Positions 29,504-39,855 of a DNA stretch of 64,000 bases are shown in pieces; within the stretch, counting starts at the first letter, position 1, and the number at the start of each line of letters is the position of its first letter. The notes under the pieces were generated by a model, which was not told the DNA's origin, made no database searches, and saw only the letters and a program-made list of their open reading frames with translations. The position numbers were made by a program, and so were the translations under genes. Origin of the DNA: Planctomycetota bacterium (lineage in GTDB: Bacteria; Planctomycetota; JAJSAM01; JAJVHW01); NCBI GenBank assembly GCA_965248445.1, contig CBDFJG010000004.1, positions 1,975,880-2,039,879 on the forward strand, given 5' to 3'.

Positions 29504-31381
29504 ATGGGACGCAGCGAACAGTTCCTGACGGCCCTGCACGAGCGCGTGCTCGTGGGAGACGGTGCGATGGGCACCGCGCTCACCCGTCGCGGCGTGGGCT
29601 CCGAGGCCTGCCTCGAGGAACTGAACTCCTCGCGCCGCGACCTGGTCCGCGACGTCCACCGGGAGTACGTGGCGGCCGGCTCCGACATGATCGAGACCAA
29701 CACGTTCCGTGCGAGCCGCCCGCACCTCGAGCAGTTCGGGCTCGAGGACCGAACGTTCGAGTTCAACTACCGCGGCGCCCGGCTGGCGCGGAGCGTCGCC
29801 GGCCGCGACGTGTTCGTTGCCGGAAGCGTCGGACCGTTGCCGGGCCGGCGGGGGGAGGGCGCGGAGCCGCCGGACGACCGCGAACAGGTCTACGCAGAGC
29901 AGGTCTCGGCCCTCGCCGCCGGGGGCGTGGACCTGTTCCTGCTCGAGACCTTCACGGATCTCGATGAGATCCGTGCCGCCGTACGCGCAGCGCGCACCGC
30001 GGCGCCGGGCATCCCGGTGCTCGCGCAGATGGCGTTCTACGAAGGGCACGGCAGCATGTCCGGCGTCACGGTCGGCAGCGCCATCGAGGAACTGCTGGCC
30101 GAAGGAGCGGTGGGAGTGGGCGTCAACTGCGGCCGTGGCTTCGCGGATGCGCTGGCGGTGGTACGCAAGATGGCCGCGCTCACCGAGGCGCCTCTGACCG
30201 CGTTCCCGAATGCGGGCCTCCCCGAACTGCGAGATGGCCGGCTGGTGTACGACCAGCCCCCCGAGTACATGGGAGAGATGGCGCTCGCCATGGTCGAAGC
30301 GGGAGTGAACGTCGTCGGCGGGTGCTGCGGCACGGACGGGCGCGCGATCCAGGCGATTGCCCGTCGAATCCGCGGGCGGTCGCCGACGACGCGCCGTGTC
30401 GTGGCGGTACCCGCAGCGCCAGCGGAGCCGGCGGCTCCCGTCCGGCCGGCCGGCGCGTTCCTGGACCGTCTCGGCAAGGAACCGCTCATCGTCGTCGAGC
30501 TGGACCCGCCGCGAGGGATGCTCACGGAGAAGGTCGTCGAGGGCGCGCGCCTCCTGCGCGAGGCCGGCGCGCACCTCGTCTCGATGGCGGAGAACCCGCT
30601 CGCGTCGATCCGCATGGGCAACGTCGGAATGGCCTACCTCGTGAAGCGCGAGGCGGGAGTCCGTCCGCTCGTGCACTTCACGGGCCGGGACCGCAACGTC
30701 CTGGGTCTGCACAGCGATCTCATGGGCGCCGCGGCGCTCGGCATCGACCACGTGCTCGCGATCACCGGAGATCCCGCCGGCGATCGGCGCGCGGGTGGCC
30801 CGACCGGCGTGACGTCCGTGTACGACGTCAACTCGATCGGGCTCGTGAAGATCCTCTCGGCCCTCAACCGCGGCGAGACGATCCACGGTGTGGACGTGGG
30901 CCGCTCGGCCGGGTTCACGGTGGGCGTCGCGTTCAACCCGAACTTCCGGTCCATGGACGGTCAGATCAAGAAGCTCGCGCAGAAGGTCGAGGCCGGCGCG
31001 CAGTTCGCGCTCACGCAGCTCTGTTACGACCCCGAGCGGATCGGCGAGATCGAAGCAGCGACGTCGCACCTCGGTATTCCCGTGCTACCCGGCGTGATGC
31101 CGCTCGTGTCGCACCGCAACGCTCTGTTCATGCGCAACGAAGTGCCCGGCGTGACGGTGCCGGACGCGGTCATCGCCCGGATGGAGCAGCACCCGAAGGG
31201 ACAGGCGGCGCGCGACGAGGGGATGGCGGTGGCGCAGGAGTTGGTGAGCGCAGCGCTCGCCGGCGGCTCTCCCGGCATCTACATCGTGGCGCCGTTCAAT
31301 CGCGCGACGCTCGCTGCGGATCTCGTCGGATTCGTGCGCGAGGAGTGGAAGCGGGTCAGCGCGCGAGCCGCTACTGCTTGA
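29504..31381 (+). CDS. yitJ: Bifunctional homocysteine S-methyltransferase / methylenetetrahydrofolate reductase
   Basis: DGAMGT, ETNTF, GVNC, PNAGLP and GGCCGT (Hcy-binding domain) followed by VELDPP, RDRN, LAITGDP and K..AGA.F..TQ (MTHFR domain). Confidence 0.92.
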   Translation: MGRSEQFLTALHERVLVGDGAMGTALTRRGVGSEACLEELNSSRRDLVRDVHREYVAAGSDMIETNTFRASRPHLEQFGLEDRTFEFNYRGARLARSVAGRDVFVAGSVGPLPGRRGEGAEPPDDREQVYAEQVSALAAGGVDLFLLETFTDLDEIRAAVRAARTAAPGIPVLAQMAFYEGHGSMSGVTVGSAIEELLAEGAVGVGVNCGRGFADALAVVRKMAALTEAPLTAFPNAGLPELRDGRLVYDQPPEYMGEMALAMVEAGVNVVGGCCGTDGRAIQAIARRIRGRSPTTRRVVAVPAAPAEPAAPVRPAGAFLDRLGKEPLIVVELDPPRGMLTEKVVEGARLLREAGAHLVSMAENPLASIRMGNVGMAYLVKREAGVRPLVHFTGRDRNVLGLHSDLMGAAALGIDHVLAITGDPAGDRRAGGPTGVTSVYDVNSIGLVKILSALNRGETIHGVDVGRSAGFTVGVAFNPNFRSMDGQIKKLAQKVEAGAQFALTQLCYDPERIGEIEAATSHLGIPVLPGVMPLVSHRNALFMRNEVPGVTVPDAVIARMEQHPKGQAARDEGMAVAQELVSAALAGGSPGIYIVAPFNRATLAADLVGFVREEWKRVSARAATA

Positions 31382-32075
31382 GCTCGAACTCGACCCACTC
31401 GGAGCGCTCGGGGGACTTGCCCTGCTCGAAGCAGCGCAGACCCACCAGCTTCCACGACGGGTGAGAACCGTAGCTCGCGCGGGCGCGGTACGTGCCGGCC
31501 GGGAGGCCTTCTTCGTCCATGGCCACGATGCGGACTTGCAGGTCCAGCGACGCGCCCGACTCGAGCAGGAGCAGGCGGCGCGGCAACTTGTCGGCACTCG
31601 TCTCCACGACGCGGCGGACCTCGACGCCCTCGGAGTCGAGCACCGAGATCACGAGCGTCGGCTGCGGCTCCCCCGCGGCGGGAACGTAAAAGTCGGCAAG
31701 GGTCATGTTGTCCAGCGAGATGCGCGCAGTCAGGGGGCTGCCTGCGCGCATCGAACCGGTGCGAAGTGCGAACTGCACCTCGAGTGAGCCGTCGACGCTC
31801 GGCGTGGCGGCGACGCTCGCAGACGCTGCGGCATCTCGGCCGGCCATCGTCTCGTTCGCCGCGTCCGGTTCCGGCTCCGCTCTGACGCCCGGGGTGGCCG
31901 CGAGCGCGGCGCTGGGCTGGTGGACGACGTCATCGACTCCCGTGATCGGGTCGTTCGCCCTGCCCAGGAACGCGGGCACGGCGACCATCGCGGCGAGCAC
32001 CGGAAGGGCGATCGCGACGGCGGTGAGAGCACGCTTCTGACGACGGTTGAGATTCATGGCCATGGCAGCCTCCAT
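31371..32075 (-). CDS. Hypothetical membrane-anchored protein with an Ig-like C-terminal domain
   Basis: N-terminal TM helix; LPAGTYRARASY strand; start codon uncertain (32075 or 32063). Confidence 0.6.
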   Translation of the reverse strand: MEAAMAMNLNRRQKRALTAVAIALPVLAAMVAVPAFLGRANDPITGVDDVVHQPSAALAATPGVRAEPEPDAANETMAGRDAAASASVAATPSVDGSLEVQFALRTGSMRAGSPLTARISLDNMTLADFYVPAAGEPQPTLVISVLDSEGVEVRRVVETSADKLPRRLLLLESGASLDLQVRIVAMDEEGLPAGTYRARASYGSHPSWKLVGLRCFEQGKSPERSEWVEFELKQ

Positions 32076-32173
32076 GGAGGGGTTCGGGAATCCAGGCCCC
32101 CAGGCTTGAGGGCAGGAGCCTCGCGGAGCCCGGTTTGTTGAGCGGTCGCCGCCGGGATGCCGATACTCCCGGC

Positions 32174-35100
32174 ATGCCTCACCCGTCCCGGCTCCGGCTC
32201 GTTCTGCGCGCGCTCCGCGCCCGCATCCGGGTGGGCGCGGACCCCGAGCGGTGCGTTCCCGGGACGCTCGTTCTCCTGCCGGTCAGGCCGGCCGGCCGGC
32301 TCGTCCCGTGCGGAATCGCTGCGTTCGTCGAGATCGCCGGGGGCGCGGCCCAGGAGACAATGACGACTGCCGGCGCCACGGAAGCCGCTCGACACGTCAT
32401 CGACTCCGGCCTGGGGTCCGGGCACGAGCCGTCGTTGTACGCCGGGGGCGAGGCCACGCTCGACACGCTCACGACATGGGCCCGAGGCCTCAAGCAACGC
32501 GCACGCTTCGCCGCGCTCTTCACGAATGAAGCGGAGCGGGACGGCGTCCTCGGCATCGCCGCCGACCTTCGGAGCTTCGCCGATGGTGAGGATGCGCGGC
32601 TCGCCGCCGCGGCAGACACGCTCAGCGAGGACCGCCTCGAGACGCTCGCGGCGCGGGTGCTCCGCGTCCGCGATGTGGCATGGCACATCGAGAACGAGGC
32701 GCTCTCGCTGCTCCAGGACGTGCGATCGCTGTCCGGAGACGGCAACGCGAACGACTCACTCGTCGCGAACCTGCGGCGTCTATCGGCAGTGTTCCGCAGC
32801 ATCGATCGGATCGAGATCCGCGGCCGCGACTCCGCCGGTGTCGCGGTGCAGGTGACGTTCCCGGGCACCGACGCGCGTGCAGGGTTCTTCGACGCCGTCG
32901 ACGCGGCCGGTTTGCGCGACGCACTGAACGCGCGGTCGGCACTCGCCGACCTGCCGGCGCTATCGGTCTGCGTGGCGCCGGAGTCTCCGGTCGTCACGTT
33001 CGTCTACAAGGTCGCTGCCGAGGTGGGGCGGCTGGGGGACAACGTCGCAGAGCTCTCGCGCCAGGCGCGATCGGATGCGCTGCTGCGCCTGGCTCTCTCC
33101 GCCGACGAGGTCACCGCGGTCGTCCTCGGACACACTCGGTGGGCGTCGTCCGGCGTGATCAGCATCCCCAACTGCCATCCGATCGACAACGAGACGGTCG
33201 CGGGCCGGGATCGCGGTGTCCGCAGCGGGCGTGTGTTCGTCGTGATGAACGGTGACGTCGACAATCACCTCGAACTCCGCGCCGACTACGAGCACGAGAG
33301 CGGCCGCACGATCTCTGCGCCGGTCACCACCGACACGAAAGTCGTGGCACTCGAGATCGAGCGGCACCTGATCGCCGGGGATGCGGTCCTCGATGCGTTC
33401 CGCAAGGCGTGCGCGCGCTTCGATGGGTCGTGCGCCATCGGCATGGTCACCGACCTCGCACCGGGGCGGATCTTCACGTCCCTGCGCGGCAGCGGACAGT
33501 CGCTCTACGTGGGAGTGTCCCTCGACGGGTTCTTCGCATCGTCCGAGGTCTACGGCCTGGTCGAGGAGACGTCGCAGTACGTCAAGATGGACGGCGAAGC
33601 GGAGCGCGTCGCCGGCGACACCAGCACGTCCGGGCAGGTCATCGTCATGGCCTCCGACGTCGAGCGCGGCGCTGCCGGGCTGCGACGTCTCGGGTTCGAC
33701 GGGACGGAACTCCCCGTCGGCGACGACGACGTTCGCGAGGCGGAGATCACGACGAGAGACGTCGATCGGGGCGACTTCGACCACTTCTTCCGCAAGGAGA
33801 TCACGCAGGCCTCGCGCTCCGCGGAGCGCACGCTGCTCGGTCGCGTCGTACACGGCCCGAACGGCTCCTCCGTCGCGCCACACCTCCTCTCCGAGGCCGT
33901 CCGCACGCGGTTCGCTTCGGGCTCTGTCCGGCGGATGTACGTGGCGGGGCAGGGCACGGCCGCGATGGCCGGCGCCGGCATCGCTGAGTACGTGCGCCGC
34001 GTCGTGCCCATGGGCGACATTCGTGTGGAGGCGCTGCCGGCCACGGAGTTGTCCGGGTTCCGGCTCGTCGACGACATGAGCGACACGGTCGTCGTCGCGG
34101 TCACGCAGTCGGGGAGCACCGCCGACACGAACCGCGCGATCGACCTCGCCCGCAAGCGCGGGGCGCTGGTCGTGGCCATCGTGAACCGCCGCAACTCGGA
34201 CGTCACGTATCGCGCGGACGGCGTCATCTACACGTCCGACGGGCGGGATGTCGAGATGTCCGTCGCGTCGACCAAGGCGTTCTATTCGCAGATCGTTGCC
34301 GGCGGCCTGTTCGCGCTGGCTGTGGCGCAGGTCCTCGGCTCGCTCGACGTGCACGAGATCGCGCGGGAGCTCGCGGAGCTCGAGCGCCTGCCTGAACTCA
34401 TGCAGCGCGTGCTCGACAACGAGGATGCCGTGCAGGCGGCCGCGGAGAAGCACGCACCGACGCGCGAGCACTGGGCCGTGGTCGCGAGCGGTCCGAACCA
34501 CGTGGCCGCGCGCGAGGTCCGGATCAAGCTCTCGGAGCTCTGCTACAAGTCCATTGCGGTCGACACCGTCGAGGACAAGAAGCACATCGACTTGTCGAGC
34601 GAGCCGATGACGATCGTGCTCGCGGCGGGCAACCCGGAGTCGGTCCAGAACGACGTCGTGAAGGACGTCGCCATCTTCAAGGCCCACAAGGGATGCGCGA
34701 TCGTGTTCTGCTCCGAGGGCGAGACGCGATTCGACCCGTACGCGGCGGCCGTCGTGCACCTGCCGGATGCTCCGGCGCTCTCGTCAATGGTCCTGTCGGC
34801 TCTGGCGGGCCACCTGTTCGGCTATCACGCGGCGCGGGCCATCGACGGCAACGCGCGATTCCTCGCCGGCGTGCGCGCCGTGCTTGTCGGCGCCCTCGAG
34901 GATCCGGCGCAACGGGACGACCTGCCGGCCAAGATGACGCTGGCGCGACGAGAGTTCCTCACGCGACTGGAGTCCGACCGATTCACGTCCGCGCTCAACC
35001 CGGTCACGGCGGCGCGGCTCGCGATGCTGTTCGACCGCGTCACAGGAGCGGCGGTGATGGACGCCGACACACGCGCGTTCGTGGACGGCGATGGAGAGGA

Positions 35101-35791
35101 CAGCGGCGCTGTCCTGGTGAACGTGCTGGGCGACGCCCTCGATCAGTGCCAGCGCCCAATCGATGCGATCAAGCACCAGGCGAAGATTGTGACCGTCGGG
35201 ACCTCACGTCCGGAGGCCGAGGTTCCGAGCGTCATCGCGACGGCGTTGCAGGCCGCGGGCGTCGACGTGGATCGCGTCGCACCGATCGATGTGCTCGAAC
35301 TGCACCGTGTCGGGCCGGCCCTGGCCGCCGTGGCAGGTGTCACCGCGTACGAGATCGACGGACTGCGTGCGGACGGCACGCCGGACGACAACACGCGCAT
35401 CCGTGTCGCCTCGCGGACCGGCATCGCCGCCGGCATGAGTTCCCGCGCGCTCGATTGGACCGCGTTGATCGGCACGAAGCGCCACGTCGTCGCGTCCCGG
35501 CGCCTGCACATCGGTGTGGGGATGGGCGACGGTCGACGCATCGCGATCGTGCCGTTGCGCGGAGGCACAGCCGGGGTCAACGGCCTCGCCCTGCTGCACC
35601 TCGAGTTCGTCGTCACACTGCCGGTCAGCGACAAGAAGCGCGTCCTCGGAGCGCGGCTTGCCGACCTGCGCGATCTCATCGCGGAGGCCAACCGCTCGTT
35701 CACGCCGGACCTGCTCGAGCACCTGAGCCCGGAGCAGGTAGTGCTCGAAACGCCGGAAGATCTGGCGGGGCGCCTACTGTCTGTCCAGTGA
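32174..35791 (+). CDS. glmS: Extended GlmS-like glutamine-fructose-6-phosphate amidotransferase (about 1200 aa)
   Basis: CGI, RGRDSAG, GHTRWA, N.HP, NGD.DN, TDT, QSG.TADT, E.SVASTK and E..IKL.EL.Y motifs, with large insertions and a C-terminal extension. Confidence 0.82.
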   Translation: MPHPSRLRLVLRALRARIRVGADPERCVPGTLVLLPVRPAGRLVPCGIAAFVEIAGGAAQETMTTAGATEAARHVIDSGLGSGHEPSLYAGGEATLDTLTTWARGLKQRARFAALFTNEAERDGVLGIAADLRSFADGEDARLAAAADTLSEDRLETLAARVLRVRDVAWHIENEALSLLQDVRSLSGDGNANDSLVANLRRLSAVFRSIDRIEIRGRDSAGVAVQVTFPGTDARAGFFDAVDAAGLRDALNARSALADLPALSVCVAPESPVVTFVYKVAAEVGRLGDNVAELSRQARSDALLRLALSADEVTAVVLGHTRWASSGVISIPNCHPIDNETVAGRDRGVRSGRVFVVMNGDVDNHLELRADYEHESGRTISAPVTTDTKVVALEIERHLIAGDAVLDAFRKACARFDGSCAIGMVTDLAPGRIFTSLRGSGQSLYVGVSLDGFFASSEVYGLVEETSQYVKMDGEAERVAGDTSTSGQVIVMASDVERGAAGLRRLGFDGTELPVGDDDVREAEITTRDVDRGDFDHFFRKEITQASRSAERTLLGRVVHGPNGSSVAPHLLSEAVRTRFASGSVRRMYVAGQGTAAMAGAGIAEYVRRVVPMGDIRVEALPATELSGFRLVDDMSDTVVVAVTQSGSTADTNRAIDLARKRGALVVAIVNRRNSDVTYRADGVIYTSDGRDVEMSVASTKAFYSQIVAGGLFALAVAQVLGSLDVHEIARELAELERLPELMQRVLDNEDAVQAAAEKHAPTREHWAVVASGPNHVAAREVRIKLSELCYKSIAVDTVEDKKHIDLSSEPMTIVLAAGNPESVQNDVVKDVAIFKAHKGCAIVFCSEGETRFDPYAAAVVHLPDAPALSSMVLSALAGHLFGYHAARAIDGNARFLAGVRAVLVGALEDPAQRDDLPAKMTLARREFLTRLESDRFTSALNPVTAARLAMLFDRVTGAAVMDADTRAFVDGDGEDSGAVLVNVLGDALDQCQRPIDAIKHQAKIVTVGTSRPEAEVPSVIATALQAAGVDVDRVAPIDVLELHRVGPALAAVAGVTAYEIDGLRADGTPDDNTRIRVASRTGIAAGMSSRALDWTALIGTKRHVVASRRLHIGVGMGDGRRIAIVPLRGGTAGVNGLALLHLEFVVTLPVSDKKRVLGARLADLRDLIAEANRSFTPDLLEHLSPEQVVLETPEDLAGRLLSVQ

Positions 35792-35797
35792 CCTGCC

Positions 35798-36847
35798 GTG
35801 ACGACCTCACCGCTTCCTGACGATTTCGATCCCGCTTCCGCCGGTTCCGGGGACGGCCTGTTCGGGCTGCCCACGTCTCCGGAGGACAGCCACGTGATCG
35901 TTGTCCCGGTCCCCTGGGAGGCGACGGTGTCGTACGGCAGCGGCGCCGCGGACGGACCTGCGGCCGTGTTCGCTGCGAGCGTGCAGATCGACCTCTTCGA
36001 CGCCGAGATCGGCCGCCCCTACGAGCGCGGAATAGCCATGTTGCCTCTCGAGGCGTCCGACGAGGTCCGCGCGTGGAGCGATCAGGCGCAGCGCGCGGCG
36101 GCACCGGTGATCGCCGCCGGCGGACCCGGCGACGACCCGGCACTGCACACGGCAGTGGAGCGCGTCAACGGTGTCTCCGAGCAGATGAACGGCTGGGTAC
36201 GCGAGCGCGTGGCCCAGTGGATGGCGAAGGGCCGCACTGTGTTCCTGCTCGGCGGCGATCACTCCACGCCGTTCGGAGCGATCGCCGCGCACGCCGACGC
36301 GTACCCGGGTCTCGGAATCCTGCACCTCGACGCGCACTACGATCTTCGGCCGGCGTACGAGGGGTTCACTTGGTCGCATGCGTCGATCATGCGGAACGTC
36401 CTCGACCGCGTGCCCGGTGTGGAGCGCATCGTCCATGTCGGTGTTCGCGACTTCGCCGAGGAGGAGCACACGGCCAGTCGCGCGGAGCCGCGCTCGACCG
36501 CGTTCCCTGACCGGCTCCTGCGCCGCCGCATGCAGTCGGGCGAGTGCTGGGCTGACATCGCGGACGCGATCGTCGCGCGACTCCCCGAGAAGGTGTACCT
36601 GAGCTTCGACATCGACGGACTCGACCCCGTGCTCTGTCCGGGCACCGGAACACCCGTCCCCGGCGGTCTCTCGTGGGACGAGATCGTCTCGCTCATGGCC
36701 GCCGTGGTCGAGAGCGGCCGCGAGATCGTCGGCGGCGACCTCGTCGAGGTCGCGCCGCAGGACGGCGACGGCGAGTGGAACGCCAACGTCGGCGCGCGCC
36801 TTCTCTACAAGATGCTGGGTTTCTGCCTGCTGTCTCGAAAGTCGTAG
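35798..36847 (+). CDS. Agmatinase / arginase-family ureohydrolase
   Basis: GGDHS, HLDAHYD, SFDIDGLDP, GTGTPVPGG and DLVEV motifs. Confidence 0.92.
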   Translation: MTTSPLPDDFDPASAGSGDGLFGLPTSPEDSHVIVVPVPWEATVSYGSGAADGPAAVFAASVQIDLFDAEIGRPYERGIAMLPLEASDEVRAWSDQAQRAAAPVIAAGGPGDDPALHTAVERVNGVSEQMNGWVRERVAQWMAKGRTVFLLGGDHSTPFGAIAAHADAYPGLGILHLDAHYDLRPAYEGFTWSHASIMRNVLDRVPGVERIVHVGVRDFAEEEHTASRAEPRSTAFPDRLLRRRMQSGECWADIADAIVARLPEKVYLSFDIDGLDPVLCPGTGTPVPGGLSWDEIVSLMAAVVESGREIVGGDLVEVAPQDGDGEWNANVGARLLYKMLGFCLLSRKS

Positions 36848-36884
36848 GACGCCCCCTCCCGGCGGGCTCCCGTACCCTGGCCGC

Positions 36885-38198
36885 ATGCTCCGCGCTGCGT
36901 TGCTGGTGCTCCTTCTCTGTGCGCCGCTCGCGTACGCGCAGGACGAGCCTGAGCCCGTCGATCGCGCGGAGATCGAGAAGCGCATCCAGCAGATTCGCGA
37001 GAGCGAACGTCACGACTTGCGCCGTGCCGCCGCGAAGAAGGCCGTGGTCGGGGTTTCCGAAGAGGAGTTGCTCGCGATCGTGCGGGACGGGAGCGCGTTC
37101 GAGGCGGTCGAGTCCGGACGCCACAACATGCGGGTTCTAAGCGCCCGTGGACGCATCACGATGACTCCCATGTTCGTCCCGAGCGGTTACACGCCGGAGA
37201 CTCCCGTCCCGCTGCTGCTCGCGTTGCACGGCGCCGGTGGGAACGGCAACTCCCTGCTCCCGATGTGGCAGGAGGCCGCGGAGGAACTGGGCATGATCGT
37301 GCTCGCGCCGAATGCGGGCCGTGTGAACGAGGGCTACACGTTCGGTGCGGGCGAGCGGAACATGACGCTCGCTGCGGTGCGTACAGCGCGCCGCGACTTC
37401 AACATCGACGAGAACCGCATTCACGTGACGGGCATCTCGCGGGGCGGGCACCTCGCGTGGGACCTGATCCTGCGCTTCCCGGACCTGTGGGCCTCGGCGA
37501 CTCCCATGATCGGCGGGCCGCGGTTGAGCTTCTCGCGCGGGGAGAACAACACGCGCTTCGTCGAGAACATCACCGGTCTCACCATCCGCGATCTCCAGGG
37601 GGCCAAGGACGATCCCCGGCTCGTCGCCAGTCTGCGGATGATGTTCGCGCGACTCGAGGAGCTCGGCGCGCGCGACGCCCGGCTGGTCGAGTTCCCGGAG
37701 ATGGGGCACGAGTTCCAGTTCGGCGCGATCAGGTGGCCCTTGTTCCTCGCGAAGCCGGTGCGCGATCCCCTGCCGCAGAAGGTCGTGCGCCGGGTCGCGC
37801 TGCCGCAGGAGGGGCGCGCGTTCTGGATCGAAGTTCTGAAGGTGGACCGCAGCGTGCGCGACGTGCTGCGTCCCGAGGTCAATCCAAAGAAGTGGGCCGC
37901 GATGGGCGAGTCCGAACAGCGGGCCGAGGTCTTCCGGCAGGCCGAGGGGCTGACCGCACGCATCGAAGCCGAGATCACGGGTGTCGGCGAGTTCACGGTC
38001 CGCACGAAGCTCGTCAAGTCGTTCCGCATCCTGCTGGACCGTTCGATGTTCGATCCCGAGAAGCCGGTGGTCGTGACCGTGAACGGCCGCAAGCATCGCA
38101 AGGTCGTCAAGGTGGATGTCGCCGTGCTGGCCCAGGACATCGCCGAGAGGCACGACCGGACGTTCCTGCCGGTGGCCGAAGTCGTGCTGCGGCCGTGA
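36885..38198 (+). CDS. Secreted alpha/beta hydrolase (esterase/peptidase-like)
   Basis: Signal peptide; PLLLALHGAG, IDENRIHVTGISRGG, QGAKD and EMGHE motifs. Confidence 0.8.
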   Translation: MLRAALLVLLLCAPLAYAQDEPEPVDRAEIEKRIQQIRESERHDLRRAAAKKAVVGVSEEELLAIVRDGSAFEAVESGRHNMRVLSARGRITMTPMFVPSGYTPETPVPLLLALHGAGGNGNSLLPMWQEAAEELGMIVLAPNAGRVNEGYTFGAGERNMTLAAVRTARRDFNIDENRIHVTGISRGGHLAWDLILRFPDLWASATPMIGGPRLSFSRGENNTRFVENITGLTIRDLQGAKDDPRLVASLRMMFARLEELGARDARLVEFPEMGHEFQFGAIRWPLFLAKPVRDPLPQKVVRRVALPQEGRAFWIEVLKVDRSVRDVLRPEVNPKKWAAMGESEQRAEVFRQAEGLTARIEAEITGVGEFTVRTKLVKSFRILLDRSMFDPEKPVVVTVNGRKHRKVVKVDVAVLAQDIAERHDRTFLPVAEVVLRP

Positions 38199-38325
38199 GG
38201 GAGCGGCCCGCGCAGATCAGCGCGCGGTCCGATCACACATGCCCGGAGACAACGACTCGGCATGAACGAGCAGGGCGCGCGTCGATGGGGGTTTCCGGCC
38301 CGGCATCCCGGGTATCCTCCCGCCC

Positions 38326-39855
38326 GTGGCCCGCATCGTCCTACCCGAGTTCCTCTGCCGGTATGCCGGTGACGTTTCGGCACACACCGTCGCGGCGGAG
38401 AACGTGCGGTCTTTGCTCTCGGGACTCGCGGGCCGGCACGAGGAGTTGGGCTCACGGCTGTTCGACGACTCAGGCGCGTTCCACGGACATCTCCTGCTCA
38501 CCCTGAACGGGGAGCAACTCACGAACGACGACTTGGATCGCACGGTGTCGGACTCGGATGTCGTCGAGATCGTCGCAGCGCTGGTTGGCGGCGGCGCGGA
38601 CGACGTGCGGATGCGTGGCTTCCGGGTCCGGACGCCGGTCGCGGAGGCCCGCGCCGTCGCGCTGGCGGACGCCTCGCCGCTGCCGGCGGAGGAGGTCGGG
38701 CTCGACGCGGCCGCCTGGCGCGTGCTCGCGGAGGAGGCTACCTCCGGTGTCGACGTGCCGCCGTGCAGGCGCTCGGCGATGGACGGTTACGCCGTCCGTG
38801 CGGAAGACACGTTCGGCGCGACCCTGATGGCGTCGCTGCCTCTGGCCGTGATCGGCGAATCGATGCCGGGTCAGCAGTGCAACCTGGACGTCAGCGCGGG
38901 TCAGGCATGCCGCATCATGACCGGCGCCCCGGTGCCCGCGGGAGCCGACGCCGTGCTCCCCGCGGAGAGCGCGCGGGAGGTGGGAGACGCCGTCGAGGCG
39001 ACTGCGCCCGTCACGCCGGGCAAGAACGTCGGTGGCGTCGGAGAGGACATTCGCAACGGCGACGTCGTGCTGCGTCGCGGTCGCCGACTCCGTCCGCAGG
39101 ACATCGGAGTGCTCGCGAGCATCGGTCGCGGCCGCCTCCAAGTCGTCCGCGGTCCGCGAGTGCGCATCCTGGTCACGGGCGATGAACTCCTCGAGCCCGG
39201 CGAGTCGCCGCGAGGCGTACGGATCGTCGACAGCAACTCGCCCATGCTGCGCGCACTCGTCGAACGGGACGGCGGCGTCGTGATCGAGCGCATCCACGTG
39301 CGCGACGACGCCGCTGCGCTGACACAAGCTCTGACTCTGCCCGGTGCTGACGTGCTGATCACCACCGGCGCGACGTCGGTGGGCCGTGAGGATGTCCTCC
39401 CGATCCTGGTCAGCGAACTGGGAGAACTGCTCGTCCACGGCATCGCCATGCGCCCCGCGGCTCCGACCGGCCTGGGGCGCATCGGAACCACGCGCGTCTT
39501 CCTGTTGCCCGGCAATCCGGTCTCGTGTCTTTCGGCGTACGACTTCTTCGCCGGGCCGTGCATCCGCGTTCTGGCGGGACTGCCTGCGGACTGGCCGTAC
39601 GGCTGCGCACGCCTGCCTCTTGCGCAGCGGATCACGTCTGCGCTCGGGCGCACGGACTACGTGCGGGTGCGCATCGCAGCCGGCGGGGTGGTGCCGATCG
39701 CGACGAGCGGAGCGTCCGTGCTCACGTCGACCACCCGTGCGCACGGTTTTGCCGTCGTCGCCGCGGAGTCCGAAGGCCACGGGGAGGGTACGGAGGTAGA
39801 CGTGCACCTCTACGACGCGTGGACGTTCGACCCCGGAGCGGGCGCGACCTCATGA
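38326..39855 (+). CDS. moeA: MoaD/ThiS-like ubiquitin-fold domain fused to molybdopterin molybdotransferase MoeA
   Basis: N-terminal about 89 aa ending LNGE...D.VEIVAALVGG, followed by RSAMDGYAV, IMTGAPVP.GADAV, TGDEL, DSN and LPGNPVS. Confidence 0.88.
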   Translation: MARIVLPEFLCRYAGDVSAHTVAAENVRSLLSGLAGRHEELGSRLFDDSGAFHGHLLLTLNGEQLTNDDLDRTVSDSDVVEIVAALVGGGADDVRMRGFRVRTPVAEARAVALADASPLPAEEVGLDAAAWRVLAEEATSGVDVPPCRRSAMDGYAVRAEDTFGATLMASLPLAVIGESMPGQQCNLDVSAGQACRIMTGAPVPAGADAVLPAESAREVGDAVEATAPVTPGKNVGGVGEDIRNGDVVLRRGRRLRPQDIGVLASIGRGRLQVVRGPRVRILVTGDELLEPGESPRGVRIVDSNSPMLRALVERDGGVVIERIHVRDDAAALTQALTLPGADVLITTGATSVGREDVLPILVSELGELLVHGIAMRPAAPTGLGRIGTTRVFLLPGNPVSCLSAYDFFAGPCIRVLAGLPADWPYGCARLPLAQRITSALGRTDYVRVRIAAGGVVPIATSGASVLTSTTRAHGFAVVAAESEGHGEGTEVDVHLYDAWTFDPGAGATS

